Assembly (NCBI GenBank): GCA_017499595.2
Contig: CM039006.1
Span: forward strand, 2,480,001 to 2,544,000
Length of the DNA: 64,000 nucleotides
DNA from: Psilocybe cubensis
Taxonomy: Eukaryota
Direction of reading: 5' to 3'
The notes below the pieces were generated by a model. It saw only the letters and a program-made list of their open reading frames with translations, ran no database searches and had not been told where the DNA came from. How positions within the stretch are numbered: position 1 is the stretch's first letter; every line of letters starts with the position of its first letter. Below are positions 49,545 through 62,440 of the stretch, piece after piece. The translations under genes and the position numbers were made by a program.

Positions 49545-52500
49545 CTACACCTCCATCTTATCCTCCTGCTCCCATCCAGGATTCTTTTTCAAAATAACAA
49601 GACCTTCGAGCACATGACTATATGGAATGAATTCTTCTGTTGCAAGTTCGGCGCGCTCTGTTGTACCGAGGCGTACAGGTGATTGATGTGTTTGGAATCC
49701 AGATATCGTCCGTGGCTTTCCGGCCTGTCCGACGACATCGATGGCCTTGATTAGGGGTGATGACAAGTATGTAAGCAAACGACGATATGATACAAATGAG
49801 TGGGAAGGAAAGACTTACCTGACCCACACGGACTGTCACAGGCTTATTCTCCAGATTCTCATCCAGTGTAATCAGGAATCGAGGGTACATAGCTGGAGTC
49901 AGGAGGTAGAACATCCAGTGATATTTGTCAAGCACAACTGCAATCAAACCATACCGGATCAGTATCCCAGCACACACTCAAATGACTAGGCCATAAAAAA
50001 CACGATCGCTTACAAGATTTCGAGTCGGTGAACGCCGTCAGCACCGCTAGCAGGCCGGCCACAGCAGGCCGACTCATGATGTCCCGATCGCCGAAGAAGG
50101 GGTTCAACCCAATCGTACCCTTGCCCATGTGCACCATACCCTGCGCAATGCGCACCATAAACAGCGAGTCAGGCTCCTTCTGATAATATCCAGCAAGTTG
50201 TCGGAGCATCTGCGCAAGGCGTGCATTATTTGTACCGGCGCCGACTAGACCCATCGCGAAGATGGCGTTGATGGCCACCTGCAGGTCGTTATCGTGGCTA
50301 TACTTGGAAAGTGTGTCAAGAATGGGGAGTTGTGGGTTCGAAGCGCTGACAAGGCCGATGGCTAGGGGGACGGCTTTACGAATGATGGGATCGCCGTAGT
50401 GCATCTAGTAAAACATGAACGATTAAGCAAAGGGTTCATTGGGATACAGCGAGATGGACTGAATATGTACCAGGTGATTGAACTGCCGCAGGGCCATCTC
50501 CGCACCAATGTCCTCTCCCATTGCAATAAGAGAAATGGCAATAACGGCGAAAGCCTGGAAAGTGTCATCTTTCTTGGGTTCGTCCTTCTTTCCTTCCTCT
50601 CCCTTGTCGGCGTTGACGTGCTCGTCACAGTGGTGGAGCATTGATTGGATCTTGAGAACGTTTCCTGTCCCGGCAAATGAGCAGGCCTCAACCAATATCT
50701 GGGCGGTCTTGGAAATCGGGTGCTCGATGACTTTCAGAGTTTCAATGGTGGCATCGGAGGCGTCCTGTTGGCCTAATACCAAAGTCAGTACCACAATGTG
50801 CAAAAAAAAAGTAAAGAAAGAACGCACCGAGATACAAAAGTCCTAGACCGAGAGCCATGAATCTCGCCCATTTCTCATCCAACGACTTGTCGCCCTCCTT
50901 TGTTGCCTTTTCCATCAACACCTGCAAGATTGTATCCGACACTTCTCCATGCTTGCTCCCTACAAAGACAAATCCAAGGGCCAGTGAAGCCAGACTGGCG
51001 ATTTCCATCGTAACGTCGTCTGAGATGTGTGGTAGAAGGAGGGCGAGAACTTCTTCGCGGTGTGACCCGGTGTATGCGAGGGCGAGCCCCATGAAGGAGC
51101 TGGTCTTCAAAGGCACCGATTTGTTCTCTGTGTAATCAGAGAGTAGGTTGAGTGCAAAGTCGGCTTCTGTGCGGACACCCGAGTTCAGCATGCCAGTGGC
51201 GAAGAGAGCGCCAGCCTATGCAAGGAAATTACATTAAAAAAAGGTAACGACCTCGAAATTGAGTGCACATCACCTTGATATGCTCTTCCGCCGAGTAGGT
51301 ATATTTATCAATATGGCTGATACCGATGTCTGTGTCCCAGAGCAAACTCAAGCCAAGTGACGCAGCGGCACTCATCATTCCGTGGTCCTTGTTCTTGTAG
51401 ATCCAGCTGTTACCTTCATCGGCCATAACCATCAACTTATCGTTTCCGAAGCCGGCGTTCACGAATGCATTAACGAATGTACCGGCTAAATTTCCGCGGG
51501 CGGAATCGATATTAGCAGATGTTCCCGAACCTGAGATAAAAGGTTAATAGCGATTGAGAAAGTAACTGAAAACACATCTTACGCGTGTTTTCCAGGTGTG
51601 ATTTATACACGTCCTCAAGGCTCTTGGCTTCCTCAACACCAACTTCTTTGCCGAAAGCGCGGAAATGCTCACTGAGCTTCGTGTTGTACAAACAATCTTG
51701 CAAATCCGACTCAAATTCGATTTCTTCGCCCGGAGGACTGAGCCATTCGATGGGCAGCTGAGAGCGCGCGATAATAAAGGCGAGTTGGCGCTTCATAACA
51801 CTGACCATCGATGGTTAAACTTATATTTACTGTCCATGAAAATTGAACAACTCACGGGTTGGCAGGGGCATTGAAATCCTCCCGCACTAGATCGGGATCT
51901 CCGAGACGAATAGAAAGAGATAGAGCTTCGGGGAATTTGTGATGCTTAACGTAGATGGCATGCGCTGTCCTCAGGAACAAATTGTCGTCTGGTGGTGGTA
52001 GAAGATTTACACAACTGGAAGCTCGTTAATTATGATAGGACCCAGATCAATCGAAAATACCGCTCACCGGACCATGTATTGACAGACGCGTCCAAACGTG
52101 TTCTCGTCGACCAACTCTACAATCTCATGTATAATCTCCATCTCTTCAAGAAGATCGACCGCGTCGGGCTCCGCGTTGTGCGCCAGAAGGAATGTAGCGC
52201 ATTGCTTCGCCAGATTGCGCAGATCTTCGATAGATCCAGGGATTTGGGTAGTAGGTTCAGACTTTGCAACGCCGTCAGTGGTATCTAATTCTTCTTGTGT
52301 CCGTACCGCGAACTCGTCTCCCAACTCTGCAGCGAGATGGCGAACGTATTCGTGACCCCATGTTCCAGGATCGGCGAGAGGTGAATCTGAGGGTCGTTGT
52401 GAAGCAGATAAAAGGCGGTAGCGTAGGGTTCCTCTAGGCTCGGTATCGGAGTAGGTCATAGCGAGAACTGAGAGAATGTCTGCGAAGAGACTCTACGTGA

Positions 52501-53021
52501 ATGTCAGCTGAACGGCAAAGTAAGTTAGCAACTCAAGCTGACCTTGTCCGCAGATGGAGCCCAAGTTTCGTACAGTTCTTGAAGTGCGGGGTAATGAGGT
52601 CGTAGGAATTTCAATGGTTTGGGTACAGATGTCATGGAAGATGTAGACGTTCTGATCAGCGTACGGAGATGCTCGAGGGCGGGTGCATAAAGTTTAGTAT
52701 CAGGTTCCTAATGCATTGCGTCAGCGGCATACACCAGAGATGACCGACTTCATTGGGCACCTTTAATCGCTCAACCAGCAATTCCAGCTGTTCTTTTAGT
52801 TGTTGGTCTTCTTCTGACTGTATAGAACCTTGAATATTGGTTGATCAAGCATTCAGATTAGAACGCACCAGCTCCTCGCCTTCCTCCTCTTTTCCACCCT
52901 TCACATCTTTCCCAACTTTCGAAAGACCCTTGAAGTCAGGCTTGTCGCTCTCCGGTTTTTCTTTCTTCTTCTTGGGGTCTTCTGAAGGAACTTGGATTGC
53001 GAATTCCTGTGGGTTTGACAT
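49545..53021 (-). CDS. RPN1: 26S proteasome non-ATPase regulatory subunit Rpn1 (PSMD2)
   Basis: [116 protein letters not shown]. Confidence 0.97.
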
Positions 53022-53458
53022 GGCGGTAAGGTATAAGTGATATCCAGAGCTCAGAACGCGACGCGCGTCCACGAATTCCGAAAATGGTTGTTTGGCAACA
53101 GCTTCTTGATCAATCACCAAAGTGATTCCCACGGCCTCCTTGGGGACTTCGAATTCAAAATGAGTTATAGTTGCCCACTAGTACTAACACTGGCAGGGAG
53201 AGGATGTATTAGACTCTTGCAGATACAGATTCCAATTTTTGTTGATTTCTGGACTAGGATATTTTATCTACTAGAACAAACACTTCTGATTCCTATTCTC
53301 TGAAAAATTGCCTTCAAAATCAAAACAATGTCGTCTACGAATATGACCCATAACCCGCTGAGTTTTTTTACCTGCGGTTAACTAGTGCTCTCAAAGCCTT
53401 ATATTTTTTATAGCTATAATTTTGAAAGCATGCCACTGTCGCCGGTTTAGAAATACAT

Positions 53459-53976
53459 CTACAGAATGATAGGGTTGCACCCCAATGCAACGAGGCCACC
53501 TTGGAACATAAAAAGATATATTAATTTCATTGAACTTGAAGGAATATAAACCTGACAGATGCAACGCCTACCTGAAAAATTGCTTTGGCAGCATACTAGC
53601 TGCGCGGAGCTATAGATTAAGCACCGTTAATTACTGTTCTCAATGAAGAGCATGTTGTCTTACCAGCTTGCACCTGATGCATTTGAAATTGGGGTACAAG
53701 TCAATCCGACAAGCATATTGGGGTTGCTGACAACAAGTCCCAAAAGTCCAAGTAGCTGAGGTACAGGTGGGGTACTAGCAGATTGAACGCTAGCACCTTC
53801 AGCACATTCAATGTTTATTATGATTATTACATTCCAATGCAATATGGTCAGTAAAACTCACAACATAATATCGAACCATTGTTGCATTGATTGGATTGCA
53901 AAATGTCTTTGCCAGTAGGGCTACCAGCAGTTTGGATAGCTGCAGTTGCAAGCAAATAGATGAGGTTAAATTTCAT
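53459..53976 (-). CDS. Class I hydrophobin, 4 exons
   Basis: Spliced MKFNLIYLLATAAIQTAGSPTGKDILQSNQCNNGSILCCASVQSASTPPVPQLLGLLGLVVSNPNMLVGLTCTPISNASGASCSAQLVCCQSNFSGGLVALGCNPIIL*: signal peptide plus the C-CC-C-C-CC-C pattern; alternative upstream ATG at 53985. Confidence 0.92.
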
Positions 53977-54951
53977 GAGTGTCATTGAGCTTTACTTTAA
54001 AAGTGAGTGGTTGATAGAGCTGCGAACACTTGTTGTTCTTCGAGATAGATAAAACTATGCACTTTATACCTTTCTGAATACGAGTGACGCCAAGTATCAG
54101 ACATTAAGAACTAACGCACCGTCGGAGAAGAATCGAAAATATTCAGTCGTAAAACGTTCTAGTATCGTCAGTAGGCTAGTAGCAAGACCCCAACGTTGTT
54201 ATTTGACTTCTAAACTAGTGGCACACTGAAGCTCATGCCATTTTGCATTAAGCGCCCGCACATACTCCGCGAGATAAAGAAATTTGAGTCTTTTTCTTTA
54301 AAAAAATATCTTAACTTCAATCGTGCAATGAAATGAATCGCTCGGGCAAGAATAAATCTATTTCTCATCATCTTGATAATTTAAAAAACGCAAACGTAGG
54401 AATCCATTAGTACCCATCTCAGTTAGATAGCCGTTAGACCACCAATTACCTTGACAGTTGTCCATTTCACCGTCAAGACACATCAGAACGCTGATTTAGT
54501 CTTCAATTGGACGCTATCCATTCAGTTGTCAATGATAGGCTTAATAAGTGCTCCTTCCAAGTCAAATATGCGCTATTGTCCACGTTGGTGCACAAAGTTG
54601 GGTGCCTTGACAATGTGACAAATTGACTTTACAATGTCGAGACAAGGTTAATCCCAAGTTGATCACAATGCTTACCAGCTCGGAATCCTTTCTTCAAGTC
54701 TCAAGTCCGCATAAAACTGTGGTACGTAATTCCAAATCGACGCACACCTAAAAGGCGAGTACTGACTCTCCGAAAATAAAGATGATGAACGCATTTCACT
54801 TAAGATAAAGCACGATTAAGCATGGCGTGAAAGCTTTTGTGTAAGAAATCAGTTATGAGCATGACCCCTCAGCGTGCAAAACGGCAATTAACATACCAGA
54901 ACCATATACAAGCAATGCACACAATCCAAACCGTGTCTTGAATGGCACCAA

Positions 54952-55420
54952 TCACTCCAATTCCACGACGTTAAGAGTCCCCTGCCTTAACATCCTTACA
55001 AAATCCTCGAAGATCATCCTGTGCTTCTCATCGTGCCCTTCAAACTGGACAATCGAGCTCCAGCCTCCTTTGCCAAACGTCACCTCCATGACCTCCCAAA
55101 TGTCTTCGCCGTCCTTGGGCATGAACTTTTTGCCGACGATGGTCGTCGGTGTCTGGATGTAACCCGTTAGTTCGTCCGGTTTTATGATGCGCGTGCACGG
55201 GGCGGTGTGGGTATGGTAACGCACACCGCGCGGGGCACCCCCTACGGCAGGCGAAGTATGGGTGGATGGTTGGCGTGCATATGGATTTCTAGGCGTAACA
55301 GCCATGGATATTCAGGTCAGCCGAAGGTAATATTGCATTGGATGCGCCTGGTAGCAAAACGGGAACGCACGTAGATTCAGGAACGCGGGAAGAATAGTCC
55401 GGCGGAACAGTTGATTCCAT
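54952..55420 (-). CDS. Small hypothetical protein, 2 exons
   Basis: Exon 1 MESTVPPDYSSRVPES joins via a GTGCGT...GCTGAC...TAG intron in frame to ORF 54952..55305 (NPYARQ...IVGKKFMPKDGEDIWEVMEV...). Confidence 0.6.
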
Positions 55421-55992
55421 TGCTAGAAAGAGTCGGATTGAAGTCTTTAGATAAAGAGTAAGGTATGTATGTGTGAGTGTCGAAGAATGACTGAGGAAAG
55501 CTGAGACTTAGAATTATAAATAGATCATGAACAAGTATTAAGATGACGTCGAACCCCTATTAGTTAAATAGGGGGAGACTTCTGCTTGGATTCTGGTAAT
55601 TTCCTCTAGACTTCCTACAAATTAGTGGACCTCATTCATATTTCGTAGAGGCGTAAGCGGTCTTTCTAGGAGGACATGCGTAAATCATGGCTGGTATATG
55701 CTGCGAGCCACTGGCGAGGAAATCATTGGAAAACGGGAGTGACGAGCGATATCTAAATCTTGAAAAGCAATTGGATAAGACAACAAGGATGGTACAGGTA
55801 GAATAAATAATTAAAATAGTGAGACTACAATACAAATGATCCGTGAAGTGACAACGGAATCAATACCGAAAGCATCAAACAGAAAAATTAACAAAGACGA
55901 AATCCGAAAATGTGGGTATTGACTTCGTAGAAGAAGAGCATGCTTGTGATTCCTTCTAGCCTGAGCACTTGTAGAATTGGCGTGCAATGGAG

Positions 55993-57498
55993 TTAGTCGT
56001 CCGCTTCGTCCTCTTCGACAACCTCTTTGGTCTTCTTGGCTTTAGATGCAGGTTTAGTGGTGCCTTTGGAAGTCGGTTTTGCCTTTTTTGAGGGTGGTTT
56101 GGCCGCTGCAGCCTTACCAGGAGCGCGCTAACGGGGATAAATTAGACATGTGGTGCAGGTTCAATGAGAACACATATAACCATACCTTGCGTTTCTTGCT
56201 GCTTCCGTCCTCGGCATCATCAGCATCGTCCATCTCTACATCTTCGTCCTGAGTGTCATAGTTAGAACATGATCAATTATAGGATAGTGGCATTATGACA
56301 TGCCTCTTTGGGTTCCACCTTCTTGGGCGCTGCTTTCTTTTTTGGTTCAGCTTTGGCCTTCTCCTTCTTCTCAACGGGAGCTTTCTTTGCAGGTGCTTTC
56401 TTTTTTGGCTTTTCTTCCTCTTCATCTTCATCTTCATCAGAGCCAGCAGAGACGTCACCGAGTTCTTTGGAGAAGTCCTCTGCGGACTCTTCATCACTCT
56501 CCGGCTATATATGTAAAGTTAAGACAGTGAAAAGGCACCAAAAGTGAATTACGAACCTGTTTCTTCTTCGATACGCGCTTCTTGGCTGGTGCCTTCTCCT
56601 TAGGTTCTGCCTTAGGAGCTGCAGCCTTTTTAGCAGGTGCTTTCTTCTTAGGTTTAACCTCTTCATCGTTGTCGATTTCATCCTCTTCGGCGTCGCTCGC
56701 AGGCGCAGCTTTCTTCTAAATATGTAGCAATAAGTAAAAAGAGTTTTAGACATACACAAGAACGAACTTTGGGAGCGGCAGCCTTCTTCTTGGGTTTCTC
56801 TGCTGTTTCTCCATCCTTTCCATTTGCAGCGGCCTTCTTTTTCTTTGGTTTCTCCTCTACCTCCCCATCTTTACCATCTTCAGCATCCTTCTTCTTCGCG
56901 GGTGCCTTCTTTGCAGCCTTCTTAGGCTTCTCCTCCGCGTCGTCCTCATTCTCTGGTTTCCTGGCACTAGGGGGTATATCCTCGTCGGCAACGTGTCCAT
57001 CCTCCCATGCTTTGGTAACGCGAGCCTGGTCATCCGGTTTGAGTTCTTCATAGCCATCGAGTTCTGAAGCCTCTTCAAAATTCTTCTTCATGTTTTCAAT
57101 AATTTTCTTGGTTATGCAGCCCCAGTGCCTCCAGACGCTATTGAAACATAAACGGAGTGAGCGCCCAGGCTTTCAGAAGAAGTGCAGGGTTTCCTACAAG
57201 CTTTTGGCGCCCTTCACATCAATGAGCGTGCCCAGGCGAAGTTCGCCTTTGCTAATGGCGGTTCCTGGAAAGAAAATGAGTCATATTGTGGTGTTATCAA
57301 ACACTGTGCTGGCGTACCGCTGCATGGTTTAGGGCCTGAAAGGATCCAAGAACAAGCGCACAACGACAAATGGTTCAAACAACATTATGAGCGACGATAA
57401 ACACAAAACAAACATAAAAGAAAAAAAGACAGACCCTTGCATTTAGCTCTAGCTGAGGAAGCGTATTCAAGACGATAGCCAGTGGTTTTATCAGACAT
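55993..57498 (-). CDS. PARP-type zinc-finger protein with Lys/Ala/Glu-rich (histone-H1-like) tail, Hpz1-like
   Basis: GYRLEYASSARAKCK-GPKPC...ISKGELRLG...WRHWGCIT zf-PARP motif followed by KPKKKAAAPK-type repeats. Confidence 0.9.
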
Positions 57499-58144
57499 TG
57501 TGGATGGGGGAAGAGAAAGAAAGGAAGGAAAATGGGACGCGACCTGAACTAATCATGGTTCTGCCATTTAAAGTCCGCTGGCACAACGCTATGACCACCA
57601 TTCAACATGGTTGCGGCATGCCACCACATCCACGACATCTGACCACCAACAACAATGGCTGTGCTTGGGCGAGGCCGATAACAGTGACCCCCGACTATTT
57701 TGAGGCCATTATCGGAATTATCTGGGCATATCAACATTCTATTTTTCTCAGCGTTTTTCCCGGGGCCAGCGCAATGATAAACTGAGCTAGGGTCTCAGAC
57801 GTGCGTATCAATGGCCTGCTGGGCCAGATATATGAATATAAGATAGCACAAAGGCACCTGGCATTGGCGTTTGTGCTAGCATGTCATTCATAACAGAAGG
57901 CCCGTGTTGGTTTCAGGATAAAGTTCGCCGCTATAGGGGCTTTTCAAGTCTAGGTTTTTTGTTGGTTCCAGATTCCGAAATAATGATGCTCGTTTAAACA
58001 ATTGAACAGGTGCAGGTGCGACAATCAGTTAATATCAAATATCGCAGATTACTTATGAATACATGAGGAGAAATAAAAGAACAGGTCAGGAGAAGCGTAA
58101 GAGTCAACAGAAGTGCCGCAGCATGTACTTCACGACATCTAGGT

Positions 58145-60597
58145 CTAATGAGCGAATCGGAAATCAAGCCTCCTGTTTCCGACATCCTTCGTCGTGGATA
58201 AGTATTCACTCTTTTGCTGTTGCGGGCGAAGAATATCAACAAGGGTACATCGTTCAAACCGTATAATCACTGACCTCGCTAGTCATTGCATCCCAAATTT
58301 TAGCCCTCTGGCTGTTGCGCCACTTGTAATACAACTTCGTGCCAGGATACAAAATACAAATATTGAAGACGCAAACACCGATGAGGTAGCTGTTACCTCG
58401 TCGATCTTCATCGCAAAAACTTCAGTATTCATTTAATGATCCAAAGGGAATAACAATAACTCACAAAGAGGTGCGTCGTCCTTGCGGTATATATTTGCAG
58501 AAATAATGGAGGATGCTTGTACAAACCTATATCGAACAAGACATCAGCATGAAGACCAGAGGAAAAAACAAACCTCACGTACATATTATAGAGCGATGCG
58601 CTGACTGTACGAGACGCCACTGCACCGGCGTTGCGAGAGCACCATCCAACTTGGATAGGATGTGTATAGGGATAAAAGAGGAGACCGGTAGTTAGACCCT
58701 ACATTGTCGCAATTAGCATCTATGACACCAGAATAGGTCAAATAACATACGTAGAATTTCCAAGGGTTTGTATTTTCCGGAAGCGTTCGCAAAGCAATCA
58801 GGAAAGGAAGAGCCCAAAAGTCTTCAGACATGGCGACCCATGCTCGATCGTTGACATTTTCTGAAATTAATGTGATACCAGCCATAGTGATCATCGTTCC
58901 GACTTGTGATGGAATTGTAAGCAAGTTAGAGTGGATGGTGCTAAAGCCGAGATTGCGGAAGGAGAGGGTAAGATATGTCGAGGGTGGAGATGTAGGGATA
59001 CCAAAGAGAAGTCCACTGGTGGAAGTGTGGGTGAGTAGATGCATTGGTGAAATAAGAGTCTCACGTACATGCAGTACAACGGCCACATATCATAATCGCA
59101 GATGGATTGCCAAAGGCGTTTAAGAGAAAGGGCCTCACGATTATGCATATCACCCTAAATCATTTTGATTGAGATACCAACCAGTAACCGCGAAAAGAAA
59201 GTGTGTACCTTAGTGGGATCATCTCTCAGAATGCGTGAAGTGGCAATGTATTCTTCTCGTTCGGTAAACCAACCCTTGGGTCTGTACCATGTCTTGGTTT
59301 GAGTCGGCGAAGGAGGCATTTTGAAGAAGGTCGCGATGCCAATGGTCAAGGTGATGAGACCCCTATTCCAAAATAAGCAGATGATTCTCGAAACAAATAG
59401 AAATGCGTACTCCACTAAAAAGAGCCATCTGATTGAAGAAGAATAAAGACTGGGTAAGAAACTAAAATTGCTAAACCACGCGAGGACAGAACGCACCTCC
59501 ATCCCTCTTTGCCTTGAATTCCTCGCATTCGTAGGACTCCGACCGCAAGAAAACTGCCAAAGATACTGCAGACGCTGGAAGACATCCAAAATAGGGCCAA
59601 TCGGAACGGGAGCTCATGCTTCGTGTAGAAATCTGCAATATTGTTGAGTTACTTCGCGTATTTTGAGTGTTATAAGGAAAAGTTCTTACAGGACAGGTAG
59701 AGGATCAAGTCAGGAATGAATCCGCCTTGGATAAAGCTGAAGAATCAAATTGAATTTCTGTAGAATAAAAGGCATCAAGAAATAAGCGCACCCAAGAATA
59801 GCACGGCACAGAAGGAACGTAGATCGTCCAGTAAGCCAGAATTGAGCTAATGTCAATATTGACCAGCCGCACATTTGAATAGGAATCCAACGATCAGGCC
59901 CAAGCTATCAGATGTAAGCTAACTGGAAGAAAGCAAATTAAAGTAGTATTATACATACACGTTTAGAGACCAATTGGGAAGGTAGCTCAGCAGAGAGGAA
60001 AGCAAGGCGGAAGACAGTGTTACCCAAGTTAAAATCTAAACAAATCCGAGTTGATCGTCAGCAGAATTCGTTATTTCAAAAAGACATCGACTAACCATTG
60101 GTGGTAAGCTTAAGGTCATTCAAGAAGTTATCAGTGTTTGCTTGACTCAGATTATTTCTGTCCAGATTCAACGCCGAAAAGCTGATCGCCGCCCACAACA
60201 TAACCTTCCAATCTATCTTGCGAACTAGAGCCTAGTAGAAGTTAGAAGTTGAGTACCACTAACTATAATCACAGGTACTCACCCGCTCCTCTCGCGCAGT
60301 CCAGCGAGCGTTGACATCAAAGCGGTGGATGTTTTCGTACTCAGGCTTCGGCCAGTAATGAGGTGCCAAATTTGGGTCGTCGTACACAGACCGGCGCGTC
60401 GCAATGGCGTCCAAATCGCGAGGAACATACAAGTGGTGGCGGAAGAGGAAGTTCCAAAGCTTGAACGGCTCAGGTTCAGCATCGACCAAGTCGTCCGTTC
60501 GGACAGGCTTGGTTTCGGTGTCCACGGATTTCTTGGAAATAGAGTTGGTGGACGCAGAGTCTGGAGAAACCTCGCGCTTGGGAGGAACGACAGACAT
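58145..60597 (-). CDS. MFS transporter, allantoate permease (Dal5/ACS)-like, paralog 1
   Basis: [74 protein letters not shown]. Confidence 0.92.
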
Positions 60598-62440
60598 GGC
60601 GGGTAGAGCAATGCGGTCGGGGGCTTTGGAGCTCTCTGAGAGGTTCAATTGAATCGAAAGACGGCTTGTTATAACTGCAGACGAGCGTTTGCATGGATGA
60701 GAACGGCCCACGCCCCGATTGGCGAGAAGCACACCATTCCCTGATGTTTTTGGCACAAACGCCTTCAAAATAGCGTTTTAGAAGTCAATGTCCCGTTCTT
60801 TTTTTGATATGGGACTCTATAGTGGCAGCATGTCGCCTAGATAATGAAGAAATGATGCAGTCGAACCAGGTAATGGCGCAAGAGTCTTAACGGCGTAAGA
60901 TCGCAGAAGTGATGAATCGACCAGCTCCTGATGCCAGGTTCTGAATTTTCAGACAAACGTTGCATTTATGACTCAAAGAGCAGCATAATCCAGGCCAGCA
61001 TTGAAGAGACTGAGGATGTGAAGAAAACTATTGAAACCTGAAGGAACTGAAATCAAAAATCAATTATGAGCTGGTAAAGCATGTTACTTGGCGTTGTTTG
61101 CTCCATTGCTGACAAATACATAGAATCGGCATCGGCAAAGTTACGGCAAAGTTCCTAGCGGTGACTTGAGTGAGATCTGCATTCGTTACAACCCAACCCA
61201 GACGATTCAAGTCAGAGCAGAGTCACAAAGGAACAGTTTAATTCATAGGTACGAAAACATTCTAGGCGACGCAGATCTCAATTGGTAGCAATTATGCAAT
61301 AATTAAACTTATTACAGAGCCGGCGACGGAACGTCGGAAAGACAGTTGTATTTGGGGCACGAGGGATGAATACAAAGCAAGTGGCAGACTAAGATTGTTA
61401 TTTCAAAATCTCAAATAAGCAAATGAGCCGCCGATTTTTGAACTAAAGTAACTTTATACTGTCTCTAATGCGTCGTAAGAAGTCCGCGAAACGTCCGTCG
61501 ATCCTCATGGTACACAGGCAAGTTAGTATGATTCAGAAGAATGTAGATCTAGATCCTTGAGCCACCTCTCTCAATCCCTCAGGTTTTGACTCAGATATTG
61601 GAAGAACCCACGTAGATTCCGTCTAATTGGGACCTGATTGAATCATACTTCGTCTTTTACACTTCCCCGACCTCGTATACCGTGTTATAGTGAAGCGCGG
61701 ATACTCTTCCGTGACTGCAGTTTCCAGTCAAGTGTTCCTGAATTGTACTTATTTCTGACACTAAGAGGTGGTTAGATAACTTATCAGTTCAAGAAACGGT
61801 CTGGCGTAAGAAGCCACAGAAATGAGGGCATCTGTGGGAATTTTTGGTGCTCATCCGGCCAATAAATTCCTTCCAATCACCAAGAATCACCGCTCCAAAT
61901 TTAAGAGAAATCACTCGCTGATTAATACAGTCAAATGGTCTTGGCTCATTTGAGTTGCGATGTTTTCGAGGATATCACAGAGCTTGACAATCTTAAACTT
62001 TAAATTTTTGAAGGATTCGTCGGAGAATCGACTCGTCTTCTGTGGTCTTCAAGTTATTGGAGAATGCGATCACATTGGACTGTGTAGTTTGTCAGAAATT
62101 CTGGGCAGACTGAGGGGGCTTTAGATGATATCAAAAGAAGCTGGAGCAATGCGCTGCGGTTTTCCAGGAAGCATAGAAAAAAATTGCACGTGCGTGTGGA
62201 GTTTACAACTTCAAAAATAAAGCAAATAGTGCTTAAAAATGGGTAATTGTACTGATATTGTACAAGTACTTTATACATTTTGTAAACCTGATCACAAGTA
62301 AAACAGTAAGGTATCTCTGCGTGAACAAATCATAATCATCGTTGCTATCGTTATGTACGCGAAGTGGATACAAGTAAATAGGAGAATCGTAATCGTTTAA
62401 TCAATACATCAAAGTATTTTTGAAATGTGATAGGCGCCTA

